A stretch of 61,049 nucleotides of DNA, the filler included, from an uncultured virus (IMG/VR IMGVR_UViG_3300005239_001275) (Duplodnaviria; Heunggongvirae; Uroviricota; Caudoviricetes; Crassvirales). It is 4 parts of one record of this genome, joined end to end, with 100 filler letters (N's around TTAATTAATTAA, not from the genome) between each part and the next. Parts side by side here need not be neighbours in the genome. Positions count along the whole stretch, not along the records: positions 28,322 to 58,880 come from IMGVR_UViG_3300005239_001275; 3 more parts are not named here. One strand, written 5' to 3'. A model generated the notes under the pieces. It had not been told where the DNA came from. It did no database searches and saw nothing but the letters and a program-made list of their open reading frames with translations. The stretch's first letter is position 1. Every line of letters begins with the position of its first letter. The translations under genes were made by a program, and so were the position numbers. Positions 32,305 through 41,857 of the stretch are shown one piece after another.

Positions 32305-32349
32305 GTGACAACAGCCCCTAATAGTAAATAAGTAATAGGCTAATGTCAC
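32305..32349. repeat. 12-21-12 inverted repeat, copy 3, covering ATG 32343
   Basis: GTGACAACAGCC-N21-GGCTAATGTCAC. Confidence 0.8.
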
Positions 32350-32963
32350 AAAACAGAAACATAAAATGGTTAATAGATAAGCATGTCATATACAGGAGAG
32401 ATCCCGTTAATGACCTGCCAACTATAGAAACCGCGCATTATAAATACTATGAAGATGGTACACACGAATGTTATCACTTGTTTAATAGCAAGGCTAAGAT
32501 TACTACGTACAAATCTTTAAAGTGGCATTTTTATGTTTTGTATTTTCTAAATCAAGACAGACCTGAAGGTTTATTACCTACTTACGTTTACAGGTTTATA
32601 GCTGATAAAGAAAACGGTTTTGTTACTTTCTTTATTAGTGATAAGAGGCTAGAGTCAATGATAGACGACGTTTTTGAAAACGGCGGTGAACCACCAAAGA
32701 ATAAAAAACGTAAAGTTATATTCAAAGACTATAGCGGATTAACACCTGAACAGAAAATGAGTATTGTAGGTACATTAATCGGTAGATCAAAGCGTGCTAA
32801 CGATGAAGCAATTTATCAATGCATGCTTGATCTAAACGATTTTGGTAAGAAAATAACAATAGGTAGAATAGCAGAATTACTAAACTGTTCGGCTAGAACA
32901 ATACATAGAAATATGCACGAAGATCTTAAAAAAGAAAAAGATTATTTAAATCAAAAATTATGA
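32343..32963 (+). CDS. DNA-binding protein with C-terminal HTH (possible initiator/regulator)
   Basis: KITIGRIAELLNCSARTIHRNM HTH pattern. Confidence 0.6.
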   Translation: MSQNRNIKWLIDKHVIYRRDPVNDLPTIETAHYKYYEDGTHECYHLFNSKAKITTYKSLKWHFYVLYFLNQDRPEGLLPTYVYRFIADKENGFVTFFISDKRLESMIDDVFENGGEPPKNKKRKVIFKDYSGLTPEQKMSIVGTLIGRSKRANDEAIYQCMLDLNDFGKKITIGRIAELLNCSARTIHRNMHEDLKKEKDYLNQKL

Positions 32964-33056
32964 GTAAGGAATTTAACGAATGGATGGCAAGCATAGGTAA
33001 TATATACTACGCTAATAACGAGCTAATGTCACAAGCTTACGATAAAATAGAACAAT

Positions 33057-33812
33057 ATGAAAAAGTATAATGTACAAAATTATATAAGATATAAAGAAGA
33101 TCTTAAAAAGTCTATGCCTCCTGAAAAGTTTTACGACTATTACAAGAGAGACGAACTTATTGTTAAGTTTTTACCTCTTGTAGAAAATTTAGCACGTAAG
33201 TTTTCAACAACACAGCAAGCATCAGGTGTACTTAGTATAAACGATCTTATACAGATAGGATCTGAAGCTTTAATAAAAGCCGTAGACAAACTAGACTGGG
33301 ATAGATTAATTGACTCACAAGACATAGAACAAACATTAAAGTCGTTTTTTGCAAAACGTGTAAAAGGACATTTAAGAAGGCGTATCGATATGGCTAGAGG
33401 AGGCATGCGTATACCAGAGCATAAGCTAAATGAAATACGCAAAAATCCTAAAGATAAAAAGATGGTTGCTATGTTTTTTAATAGTATGTTTTTAAGTATC
33501 GATGCTCAAATAACGGACGACGACGAAGAAAATATGATGTATCAAATAGCAGACAAGTCAGAGCCTTATAACATACAAATACTTAATGTTTATTTAAAAG
33601 GTTTGATGGAAAAATATCTTGATAAAAACGAATACGAAGTTTTAAGATTATCTTACGGTCTTGACTGCGAAAAACACTCAGCTAAGCAGATAGCAGAAAA
33701 ACTAAACATAAAAGGCATTAGTTCTTATGTACGTGTTTCAGAGCTTAAAAAGCAAGCTGTAGATAAATTAATAGACAGTGTCGACCACTCGCAAGTGCTT
33801 GACTTTGTGTAA
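33057..33812 (+). CDS. Sigma-70 family RNA polymerase sigma factor
   Basis: Region 2 LPLVENLARK..DLIQIG..LIKAVDK, RIP motif and region 4 VLRLSYGL..IAEKL..RVSEL. Confidence 0.88.
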   Translation: MKKYNVQNYIRYKEDLKKSMPPEKFYDYYKRDELIVKFLPLVENLARKFSTTQQASGVLSINDLIQIGSEALIKAVDKLDWDRLIDSQDIEQTLKSFFAKRVKGHLRRRIDMARGGMRIPEHKLNEIRKNPKDKKMVAMFFNSMFLSIDAQITDDDEENMMYQIADKSEPYNIQILNVYLKGLMEKYLDKNEYEVLRLSYGLDCEKHSAKQIAEKLNIKGISSYVRVSELKKQAVDKLIDSVDHSQVLDFV

Positions 33813-33874
33813 GTTAAAATGTAAAACTATAAAACAATGTGTAATTATATTAATATACCAAAACAATAAACCAT

Positions 33875-34423
33875 ATGACCATAAACGAAAAACTGGCTAC
33901 TGTCCAGACAAAGTTTAAATCGAAAAAAAGTAGGTTTAACTCATTCGGCAAATATTACTTCAGATCAGCCGAAGACATTCTCGAAGCAACAAAACCCTTT
34001 CTCTTAGAGTTAGGAGTATCAGTAACAATTGATGAGCAACTAGTTGAAGCTCACGGTCTACCTATTATCGCATCTACTGCAACAATAAGTGACGGTAAAG
34101 ATTCAATAAGTGCTTCAGCTCTTGTAGGGGTTGATCTAAACCAAAAAGGTATGCAAGTACCTCAACAGTTTGGATCTGCGTCGAGTTATGGAAAGAAGTA
34201 TGCGTTAGGTAATTTATTCCTAATAGACGACACGCAAGACTCAGATGCGGCAAACACTCACGGCAAAGCGCCAAAAGCTAAAACTAAAAACACCATAACC
34301 TCAAAAAAAGATCCAGCATATGAAAAAGCGGTTCAATACATAATAGCAGGTGGTAAATTAGAAGCTATTAAAAAGAAATACAATCTTTCTAAAGAAGTAG
34401 AAGGAATGTTAAATACTCTATAA
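33875..34423 (+). CDS. ERF-family ssDNA annealing protein
   Basis: FNSFGKY.FRSAEDI and QQFGSASSYGKKYAL..LF.IDD..DSD. Confidence 0.8.
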   Translation: MTINEKLATVQTKFKSKKSRFNSFGKYYFRSAEDILEATKPFLLELGVSVTIDEQLVEAHGLPIIASTATISDGKDSISASALVGVDLNQKGMQVPQQFGSASSYGKKYALGNLFLIDDTQDSDAANTHGKAPKAKTKNTITSKKDPAYEKAVQYIIAGGKLEAIKKKYNLSKEVEGMLNTL

Positions 34424-35148
34424 TGAAAGACGTATTAAAAAAGTTAGAAAATGATGAGCATTATTATGGTGAATTTGGAAAACAATACCTTAGTAATTCT
34501 GATATTTCTACATTACTTACAAACCCTTTAGCTTTAGGAAAGCAGCAAGCACCACGCCCTGCTTTCTTAGTTGGTGGTTATTTCCACACAGCTATACTAG
34601 AACCTGATAAGCTTAAAAAATATAAGATTATCGATGCTAGTACTAGAAACACTAAAGCATATAAGGAGATGTCTGGTGGCGAATTATGTCTACTACAACA
34701 CGAGGTTGATCAAATCGACCTAATGACTGATAAAGTCTTAGCTAACGACGTTTGCAAAGATTTGATACGTGGTATAAGTGTAGACTATGAAAGACCAGGT
34801 ATTACAGAGCTTGAAGGTTTAAACTGGAAAGGTAAAGCTGATATTGTTAATCACGACGAAAAGCTTATTATTGATCTAAAGACTACTGCAGATCTTAATA
34901 AGTTCCGTTGGTCAGCTTCTAAGTACAACTACGACAGTCAAGCTTATATTTACAGCAAGTTATTTGGCTATGAATTTGTTTTTATAGTCATTGACAAAAC
35001 AACTCATCAACTAGGCATATTTGACTGCTCGCCTGAGTTTTATGAGCGCGGTAAAGACAAAGTACAAAGAGCAGCAGAACAGTATAAATTATTTTATCAA
35101 TCAGAGGATTTTGATCCTCAACAATTTTTTATTAACCAAACGTTATAA
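34423..35148 (+). CDS. PD-(D/E)XK exonuclease (RecE/ExoVIII-like)
   Basis: LSNS, G..FH..ILEP, KGKAD, IIDLKTT and Y..QAY.Y motifs. Confidence 0.8.
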   Translation: MKDVLKKLENDEHYYGEFGKQYLSNSDISTLLTNPLALGKQQAPRPAFLVGGYFHTAILEPDKLKKYKIIDASTRNTKAYKEMSGGELCLLQHEVDQIDLMTDKVLANDVCKDLIRGISVDYERPGITELEGLNWKGKADIVNHDEKLIIDLKTTADLNKFRWSASKYNYDSQAYIYSKLFGYEFVFIVIDKTTHQLGIFDCSPEFYERGKDKVQRAAEQYKLFYQSEDFDPQQFFINQTL

Positions 35149-35150
35149 TA

Positions 35151-35336
35151 ATGGCAAGAAGAAAAACCACAACACCAAGAACTAAAGTATGTACAGTAAC
35201 AGGATTAGAAACTAATGTAAATAATTTTTACGCTAATCAAAACCATGTTAAAGCCGTAGACAACTTAAGGCGGAATAGCGGCGCGACTAAAGAACAGTTG
35301 CAAAGAATGTTTAATCAATTAAATCAATACGTATAA
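35151..35336 (+). CDS. Small hypothetical protein
   Basis: 61 aa, coupled to its neighbours. Confidence 0.55.
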   Translation: MARRKTTTPRTKVCTVTGLETNVNNFYANQNHVKAVDNLRRNSGATKEQLQRMFNQLNQYV

Positions 35337-35644
35337 TGGCAAGTATTATTAAAGCAAGTATTAATCTAAATAACATTGATAAGTCAAAAATTATCGATGG
35401 TAAAAAAGGTAAATACTTACCTATAACAATTACGCTTAACGATGAACCAGATCAGTTTGGAAATCAAGGGCCTATTGTTGTAGCTCAAACAAAAGAAGAA
35501 CGTGAAGCTAAAACAGCTAAAACTTATTTAGGTAACGTTCAAGTAGTATGGACTAACGGTGATAATGTAGCCGCAGCTCCAAGACAAGACCAACCTCAGC
35601 AGGCTGCACCAGTTATTCAGCCAGTCGATGATTTACCATTTTAA
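35336..35644 (+). CDS. Probable single-stranded DNA-binding protein
   Basis: GKKGKYL..DQFGN..YLGN and an acidic DDLPF C-terminus. Confidence 0.7.
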   Translation: MASIIKASINLNNIDKSKIIDGKKGKYLPITITLNDEPDQFGNQGPIVVAQTKEEREAKTAKTYLGNVQVVWTNGDNVAAAPRQDQPQQAAPVIQPVDDLPF

Positions 35645-35653
35645 TTAAATTAA

Positions 35654-37363
35654 ATGCAGACAACAGAGATCAATGGATTTTTGATTGACGAGTTCAATCA
35701 ACATAAGCTAGAAACAGGTAAAAAGCAGGGCGTATGCCCTCTTTGCTCTGCTGATAGAAAACCCAAAAATCAAAAGGCAAAATGTGCGTCTTATGATTGG
35801 GAACGGGGTCTCGGTACTTGTCATAACTGTAATTCAACTTTTCAATTGCATACGTATAAACGTAAAGGCGAAACTGTTAAGGTTTATGAAAGACCCAAAA
35901 AAGAGGTCATCAAACCACCTGATAGTAAAGTTGTTGAATGGTTTAAATCAAGAGGTATATCTCAGTCAACTCTTACCGATCTTAAGGTCGGTGAGGGTTC
36001 TGAATATATGCCGCAAACCGGTAAACCCGAGAACACGATAAAGTTCAATTATTTTATGGGTGGTGATTTAGTTAACATTAAATACCGCGATGGAAGAAAG
36101 AACTTTAAATTATATAAGGGTGCTGAAAAAGTATTCTACAATATTGATAGCATTATTGGCTATGAGTATTGTGTTATAGTTGAAGGCGAAATGGATGTGC
36201 TAGCTTTACATGAAGCTGGTGTTACAAACGCTATATCAGTTCCAAACGGAGCTACGTTAAACACAAACAACTTAGAATACTTAGACAACTGTATAGATTA
36301 TTTTGACGATAAAGAAAAAATAATTTTAGCAGTTGACACAGACGAAGCAGGTCAAGCATTGCAAGCTGAACTTGTAAGACGATTAGGTTCTGAAGTTTGT
36401 TACTTAGCATCATTTGACGATTGTAAAGACGCTAACGAATACTTAATTAAATATGGAACAGAAAAACTGGTACAGCGTATTACCGGAGCGAGACCGGTAC
36501 CGCTTGAAAATGTCACGACATTTAGGGACATTGAGGACGAAGTCACGGACTTTGTTCGTAACGGGTTTAAACCAGGATATCAAATTGGCTTATCTAATTT
36601 TGACGAAATCTTTTCTACTTATACTGGTCAGTTTATTACTGTTACTGGTATTCCGAGTAGCGGGAAATCAGATTTTGTCGACCAGATGGTTGTTGGGTAT
36701 AACCAAAAGTATGGCTGGAAAACGGCGTTCGCTAGTCCGGAAAATGTACCGACTTACCTCCACGCTCACAAGTTAATGCGTAAGACTTGGCAAGGTATGC
36801 CAACTCAAGCAGATATTGGTGGAGACAAATGGAATCAAATAGCAGATCATTGTAATACTAATTACTTTCACATTGATATGGAGCGTTACACTCTAGAATC
36901 AGTGCTTAAAAAAGGTGCTGAGCTAGTTAAACGTAAAGGCATTAAATGCCTAGTTATTGATCCGTTTAATAAAGTCAGAGACGTTGACTGTAAGACGGAA
37001 GACGTTAACAGGTATACGATGGAGTATCTAACTAAAATCGAAACATTTGCTAAAAAGTTTGATGTGTTAGTTTTTGTAGTAGCTCACCCAACTAAAATGT
37101 ATAAAGATAAAGATGGAAAAATTGAGGAACCTACGATGTATAATATCAAAGGCGGTGGTGAATGGTATGACGCTAGTTATCATGGCATATTGGTGCATAG
37201 GAATTATGAAGAAAAAACGGTCAAAGCTAAGGTGCTTAAAGTAAAGTTTCAAAACCTAGGACAAAACGGTGAAGAAGCTCATTTTAAGTGGGAGCCTAAG
37301 TCAGGTTGTTTTGTACCTCATGAACCTATAAATATCGGTGCTGAAAAAATGCCCTGGGAATAA
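35654..37363 (+). CDS. Primase-helicase (T7 gp4/Twinkle-like)
   Basis: Zn finger CPLC..CHNC, TOPRIM EGEMD/D.DEAG/KDANE, Walker A TGIPSSGKS, VIDP and VAHP. Confidence 0.92.
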   Translation: MQTTEINGFLIDEFNQHKLETGKKQGVCPLCSADRKPKNQKAKCASYDWERGLGTCHNCNSTFQLHTYKRKGETVKVYERPKKEVIKPPDSKVVEWFKSRGISQSTLTDLKVGEGSEYMPQTGKPENTIKFNYFMGGDLVNIKYRDGRKNFKLYKGAEKVFYNIDSIIGYEYCVIVEGEMDVLALHEAGVTNAISVPNGATLNTNNLEYLDNCIDYFDDKEKIILAVDTDEAGQALQAELVRRLGSEVCYLASFDDCKDANEYLIKYGTEKLVQRITGARPVPLENVTTFRDIEDEVTDFVRNGFKPGYQIGLSNFDEIFSTYTGQFITVTGIPSSGKSDFVDQMVVGYNQKYGWKTAFASPENVPTYLHAHKLMRKTWQGMPTQADIGGDKWNQIADHCNTNYFHIDMERYTLESVLKKGAELVKRKGIKCLVIDPFNKVRDVDCKTEDVNRYTMEYLTKIETFAKKFDVLVFVVAHPTKMYKDKDGKIEEPTMYNIKGGGEWYDASYHGILVHRNYEEKTVKAKVLKVKFQNLGQNGEEAHFKWEPKSGCFVPHEPINIGAEKMPWE

Positions 37364-37608
37364 TGGCTAAAAAAGGTAAAGTAAATATGGGTAGTTACAC
37401 GCCTGATGAGCTAGAGTTTAAAGCTTATCGTTGGTGTATTAACAACAACATATATATTGCTCCTAAGGCATTAACTGAGGCTAGATGGTCTATTGTTATA
37501 ACTAACAATAATAAAACCAACGAAGATCCTAATAGCTATACTAGAGCTGACATATGGATTAAGATTTATGAATACTATAAATATTATTACAATAAATATG
37601 AGAAATAG
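37363..37608 (+). CDS. Hypothetical protein
   Basis: 81 aa, coupled to the primase stop. Confidence 0.55.
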   Translation: MAKKGKVNMGSYTPDELEFKAYRWCINNNIYIAPKALTEARWSIVITNNNKTNEDPNSYTRADIWIKIYEYYKYYYNKYEK

Positions 37609-38239
37609 TTTTGACAATGCAAATGAAGCTTATGAAGCGTTATTAGATGAAGTCGTTATAAACGGTATGGACTTTGATAACACTAAAGCTTTGTTTAACT
37701 GTGGGTTTTATATTAGAGACCCTCAGAACAATCATATAACTAACGAGCAACGTAATTGGAGTTTAGATTATGCCGAGGCTGAATGGCAGTGGTATTTATC
37801 TGGTGATCCTAGTATACACAAGCTAGGTGAGTTGTATGGTAAAATACCACCAATATGGAAACGTATGGCTGATGAGCACGGTAATGTTAATTCAAACTAC
37901 GGTTATCAATGGAAGCGTAAAGCTCAAATAGATTATGTATGTGCTAAGCTTAAAACAAATAAAAAGACTAGACACGCAGCAATATCTATTTATGACGGTA
38001 AAGAATACGACAAATATAAGACCGATACGCCGTGTACATATGCAGTTCAGTTTACAATTGTAGATGATCAGCTATGTATGTCTGTCTATATGCGTTCTAA
38101 TGACATCTGGTACGGTTTCTGTAATGATCAGTATCAATTCTCATCATTGCAAAAAATGATTGCTAGACGTCTTAATTTAGAAATAGGTTGGTATTACCAC
38201 CACGCGCATAATATGCACCTATATAACGATAAACTATAA
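37598..38239 (+). CDS. Thymidylate-synthase-fold enzyme, dCMP hydroxymethylase-like
   Basis: NSNYG, catalytic PCT, MRSNDIWYGFCND (Asp at the specificity position) and H.Y. Confidence 0.8.
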   Translation: MRNSFDNANEAYEALLDEVVINGMDFDNTKALFNCGFYIRDPQNNHITNEQRNWSLDYAEAEWQWYLSGDPSIHKLGELYGKIPPIWKRMADEHGNVNSNYGYQWKRKAQIDYVCAKLKTNKKTRHAAISIYDGKEYDKYKTDTPCTYAVQFTIVDDQLCMSVYMRSNDIWYGFCNDQYQFSSLQKMIARRLNLEIGWYYHHAHNMHLYNDKL

Positions 38240-38241
38240 TT

Positions 38242-39045
38242 ATGTATTATTTATACCACATACCGGGTAAAAAGATCGGTGTTACACGTGATCTTAATAG
38301 TCGGGTTACGCAGCAACAAGGTTATGCTGCAGACGAATACGAAGTTCTACTTACTAGCGATGATATTGATTTTATATCAGACAAGGAAATAGAACTTCAA
38401 CAGTCTTATGGCTATAAGAAAGATAGAACATTATATAAAAATTTATTTAAATCAAATATGAATATAAACCCAACAGAACAAACAAGTACATTTCCAGTTC
38501 CAGCTAACAAACTAAAAGGCCATTTAATGGACAATATAGGTTTAAGCTGGACAACACCACAAGGTTATAAGTTTTTAATTAAAAGAGAATACATACCTTG
38601 GATAGAAGCAAATGCTAAAACCTCGATGTACAACGAAAATCGAAGCTATATTTACAACAAGGCTTTTTATGAAGCCTTTTTTAATCCAAAGCATAATCAA
38701 GCTAAGCTTAAGTATGATACTAGCGTAGACAAAGTTCCAAACAGATTTGATCTTATAAGATCTTGGGCTAATGAAAGAGGTATATACGATAAAGGTAATT
38801 CTCATACTCAGTATGTTAAGCTTATGGAAGAGGCTGGAGAACTAGCTGCGGCATTGCTTAATAATGATAAACCAGAAATTGTAGATGCAATTGGCGATAT
38901 AGTTGTTGTGTTAACAAATCTAGCAAAGCTAGAAGGTTTTGATATAGAAAACTGTGTTGATTCAGCATACAATGAAATAGCTAATCGCACAGGCGTAATG
39001 CACAATGGAACATTTGTTAAAACTGGAATAAAAGAAACATTATGA
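38242..39045 (+). CDS. GIY-YIG-like N-terminus fused to a MazG-like NTP pyrophosphatase
   Basis: YLY..KIGVT..L..R at the N-terminus; KLMEEAGELA..DAIGD at the C-terminus. Confidence 0.7.
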   Translation: MYYLYHIPGKKIGVTRDLNSRVTQQQGYAADEYEVLLTSDDIDFISDKEIELQQSYGYKKDRTLYKNLFKSNMNINPTEQTSTFPVPANKLKGHLMDNIGLSWTTPQGYKFLIKREYIPWIEANAKTSMYNENRSYIYNKAFYEAFFNPKHNQAKLKYDTSVDKVPNRFDLIRSWANERGIYDKGNSHTQYVKLMEEAGELAAALLNNDKPEIVDAIGDIVVVLTNLAKLEGFDIENCVDSAYNEIANRTGVMHNGTFVKTGIKETL

Positions 39046-39398
39046 AAATAAACACTAAAGACGAAATAGTATTATCAGTGCTTAAGAAAATGGATCAACG
39101 TAGTATTATTGGCCAAGAAAAATACGGCGCTACAATGATGCAAGAAATACAAGGTCAAGAAAAAGATCTTAATCGTTTCTTAGTTGATGTGCAAGAAGAA
39201 TTAATGGATGCGCTGCTTTATATTGAAGCTGCTAAACGTTGTTTATCAGATGAGATCGAAGAAGCTATGATCAACAGAATTAACATAGTTGGTCAAAATG
39301 GTAACGATGGTTTACACTACGACGAAGATCATAACTTAGATGTAGTTTTAAATGACATTGTTAAAGATATTGAAGTAAATGAAGAAAATACCTTATAA
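39042..39398 (+). CDS. All-alpha nucleotide pyrophosphatase-like protein
   Basis: G.EKYG.T..QEELMDALLY. Confidence 0.5.
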   Translation: MKINTKDEIVLSVLKKMDQRSIIGQEKYGATMMQEIQGQEKDLNRFLVDVQEELMDALLYIEAAKRCLSDEIEEAMINRINIVGQNGNDGLHYDEDHNLDVVLNDIVKDIEVNEENTL

Positions 39399-39840
39399 AA
39401 GAAAACGTAGTAAAAAAGGTCCAGTACAGTCGAAGAAGGTGTCATATGATGGCATCAACTTCGCCTCTGGCCTTGAGCGTTATATGTATATGGCTTTGAA
39501 AAAAGCTAAAATAAAAGCTAAATACGAAGGAGAAACTTTTGTTTTATTAGCTGGTTTTCATTTCGATAATGAAGTATATGAAAGACAAGCCAATGGTAAG
39601 GGTGATTACAAAAATAGAGGATGCAAACGCATACTACCTATTAAGTATACACCAGATTTTATTGGCGAAGATTTTATAATTGAAACAAAAGGTAGAGCTA
39701 ACGAATCTTTTCCAATGCGTTGGAAGTTATTTAAAAGATTAGTTATGAATCAATTTCCTAACGTAACATTGTATAAACCACAAAATCAAAAAGAATGCGA
39801 CGAAACAATACGCATAATCCTTTCGAAGCGAAAAGGATAG
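39379..39840 (+). CDS. T7 endonuclease I-like Holliday junction resolvase
   Basis: SGLE..YE..YTPDF..IIETKG. Confidence 0.75.
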   Translation: MKKIPYKRKRSKKGPVQSKKVSYDGINFASGLERYMYMALKKAKIKAKYEGETFVLLAGFHFDNEVYERQANGKGDYKNRGCKRILPIKYTPDFIGEDFIIETKGRANESFPMRWKLFKRLVMNQFPNVTLYKPQNQKECDETIRIILSKRKG

Positions 39841-40404
39841 CTAGACAGAAGTATGCCGAGCGTCAAATTGATAAGTTTGTCAAATGGAGTTGGGAAATTA
39901 GAGGTAAAGTTAAATATAAAGAACTAGTAGAATTACAAGATCAATATGGAATCAAATGTTATTAACTATGTCTTAGAAAAATATCCTAAGACATTTAAAA
40001 ATAAAAATATAATAGTAGAAGACAATGACACGTGTTATTTTGTGTCAACAAACAAAGACGAATCACCATTAATACTAAGTAAAAACATATGAAAGAAGAA
40101 CCGAAAAAAGTTTGGAGTTTATCAATAGGTACATATCCAGGAATATTGTTAGGTATGAGAACATATCACGAAGATGAGCAAACAACACATGTTTTTTACT
40201 TACCGTTTATTGACTTAGCATTAGAAGTATATAAGTAATGATGGAAGATAAAGACTCACAATTAGAGGTCATATGTGTTTTTGTAGATGATATATTAGAC
40301 GATATATCTAAACTTAAAAGAACGACTAAGAAAGATGATCTATTTGCTTATATAGACTCTTGGGAAACAAACTTAAAAACAATTAAAACAATAACAGAGT
40401 TATA

Positions 40405-41192
40405 ATGGGATTATTCGACGAAAGAATAGCATACAAACCTTTTGAGTACCCTGAGTACTATACAGAAGGTTGGTTAAAACAAGCGCAAGCATTTTGGTTG
40501 CATACTGAAATCTCAATGCAAAGCGATATTAAAGACTGGAAAGAAAAACTAAATGATAAAGAGAAGAATTTGGTCGGGAATATACTACTCGGCTTTGCAC
40601 AGACGGAATGCGCGGTTTCTGATTACTGGACCCAAAAGGTAGTTGGTTGGTTTCCGAAGCACGAGATACAACAAATGGCAATGATGTTTGGCTCGCAAGA
40701 GACAGTACACGCAGTTGCATATAGTTATTTAAACGAAACATTAAACTTAGAAGATTATGAAGCATTTTTGCATGAGCCTGCTACCTCACAGAGATTTGAT
40801 AATTTGGTTGCTTATGACGGCTCAAGTTCTATTGGTATTGGTAAGTCTCTTGCCGTTTTTTCTGCTTTCGCTGAAGGCGTTAGTTTGTATTCAGCTTTTG
40901 CTGTACTTTATAGCTTCCAGCTTCGTAATTTGCTTAAGGGTATTGGACAGCAGATGAAATGGTCAGTAAGAGACGAGTCATTGCATAGCAAAATGGGTTG
41001 TAAGCTATTTCGCGATATGTGCAGTGAAAACGATCAACTACTGAATTTATGTCGAGAAGATATAATAAAATCTGCGGAAACCATGATAAGACTTGAAACT
41101 AATTATATAGACAAGATGTTCGAAATGGGTGACATTGAAGGCATTAAGTCTAATGATCTAAAACATTTTATAAAAAAGAGAGCAAATGAAAA
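40405..41192 (+). CDS. nrdB: Ribonucleotide reductase class Ia beta subunit, 3' end in gap
   Basis: KPFEYP, FW..E, E.VH..AY, EG..L and DESLH motifs. Confidence 0.9.
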
Positions 41193-41264
41193 NNNNNNNN
41201 NNNNNNNNNNNNAGACATTTGGTAATGTGATAACTGAAGAAGAAATATACGAACAATTATATAA

Positions 41265-41857
41265 ATGAAAAACTTTATTAAATACACTATTATATGGATC
41301 AGTCAAAATCTAGCAATACCATTTTGGGCGGTGGGTCATGTGCATTTATCTATACACGATTTTAAAGATGCGTATGAAATACTAGCTAGTTTAGCTATGA
41401 ATATAATAGTGTTAATAGGGTTTATAATAGATTACAATAATGAAAGGACAAAAACAAAGTAGAACAGATCTACTTGAAAAAAAGATACAAGCCCTAATAG
41501 GTGTTGTACAACAACTGCTAGATGAAAATGCTTATTTAAAAGATTTAGCAGTAGGAACATTAGAAACAATTAAATGCATGCCAGATTATGATGAAGCAAT
41601 CGAGAAGCTTAAAGAACAAGTTGCTAAGGACTCTAGTGAGACAAAAGAGACTGAGTCCTTGGAAACGACTAGCGACTAGGTCAGGATATATGGGCAGTGG
41701 TTTTTTAATCGCTGCTCAATGGACTATAGAGCCTAAACTTTATATTGTAGGCTTTATAATGGTTATGGTTCAAACAGCTTCAAGAAAGCAATGGAATCTT
41801 GTAGCTTTAAATATGAACGGATTAATAGCATGGATTAAACACTTAACAATTATATAA
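41265..41857 (+). CDS. Three small genes, two membrane-type (41265-41462, 41440-41679, ~41588-41857)
   Basis: Overlapping ORFs between nrdB and nrdA, with hydrophobic helices in the first and last. Confidence 0.5.
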
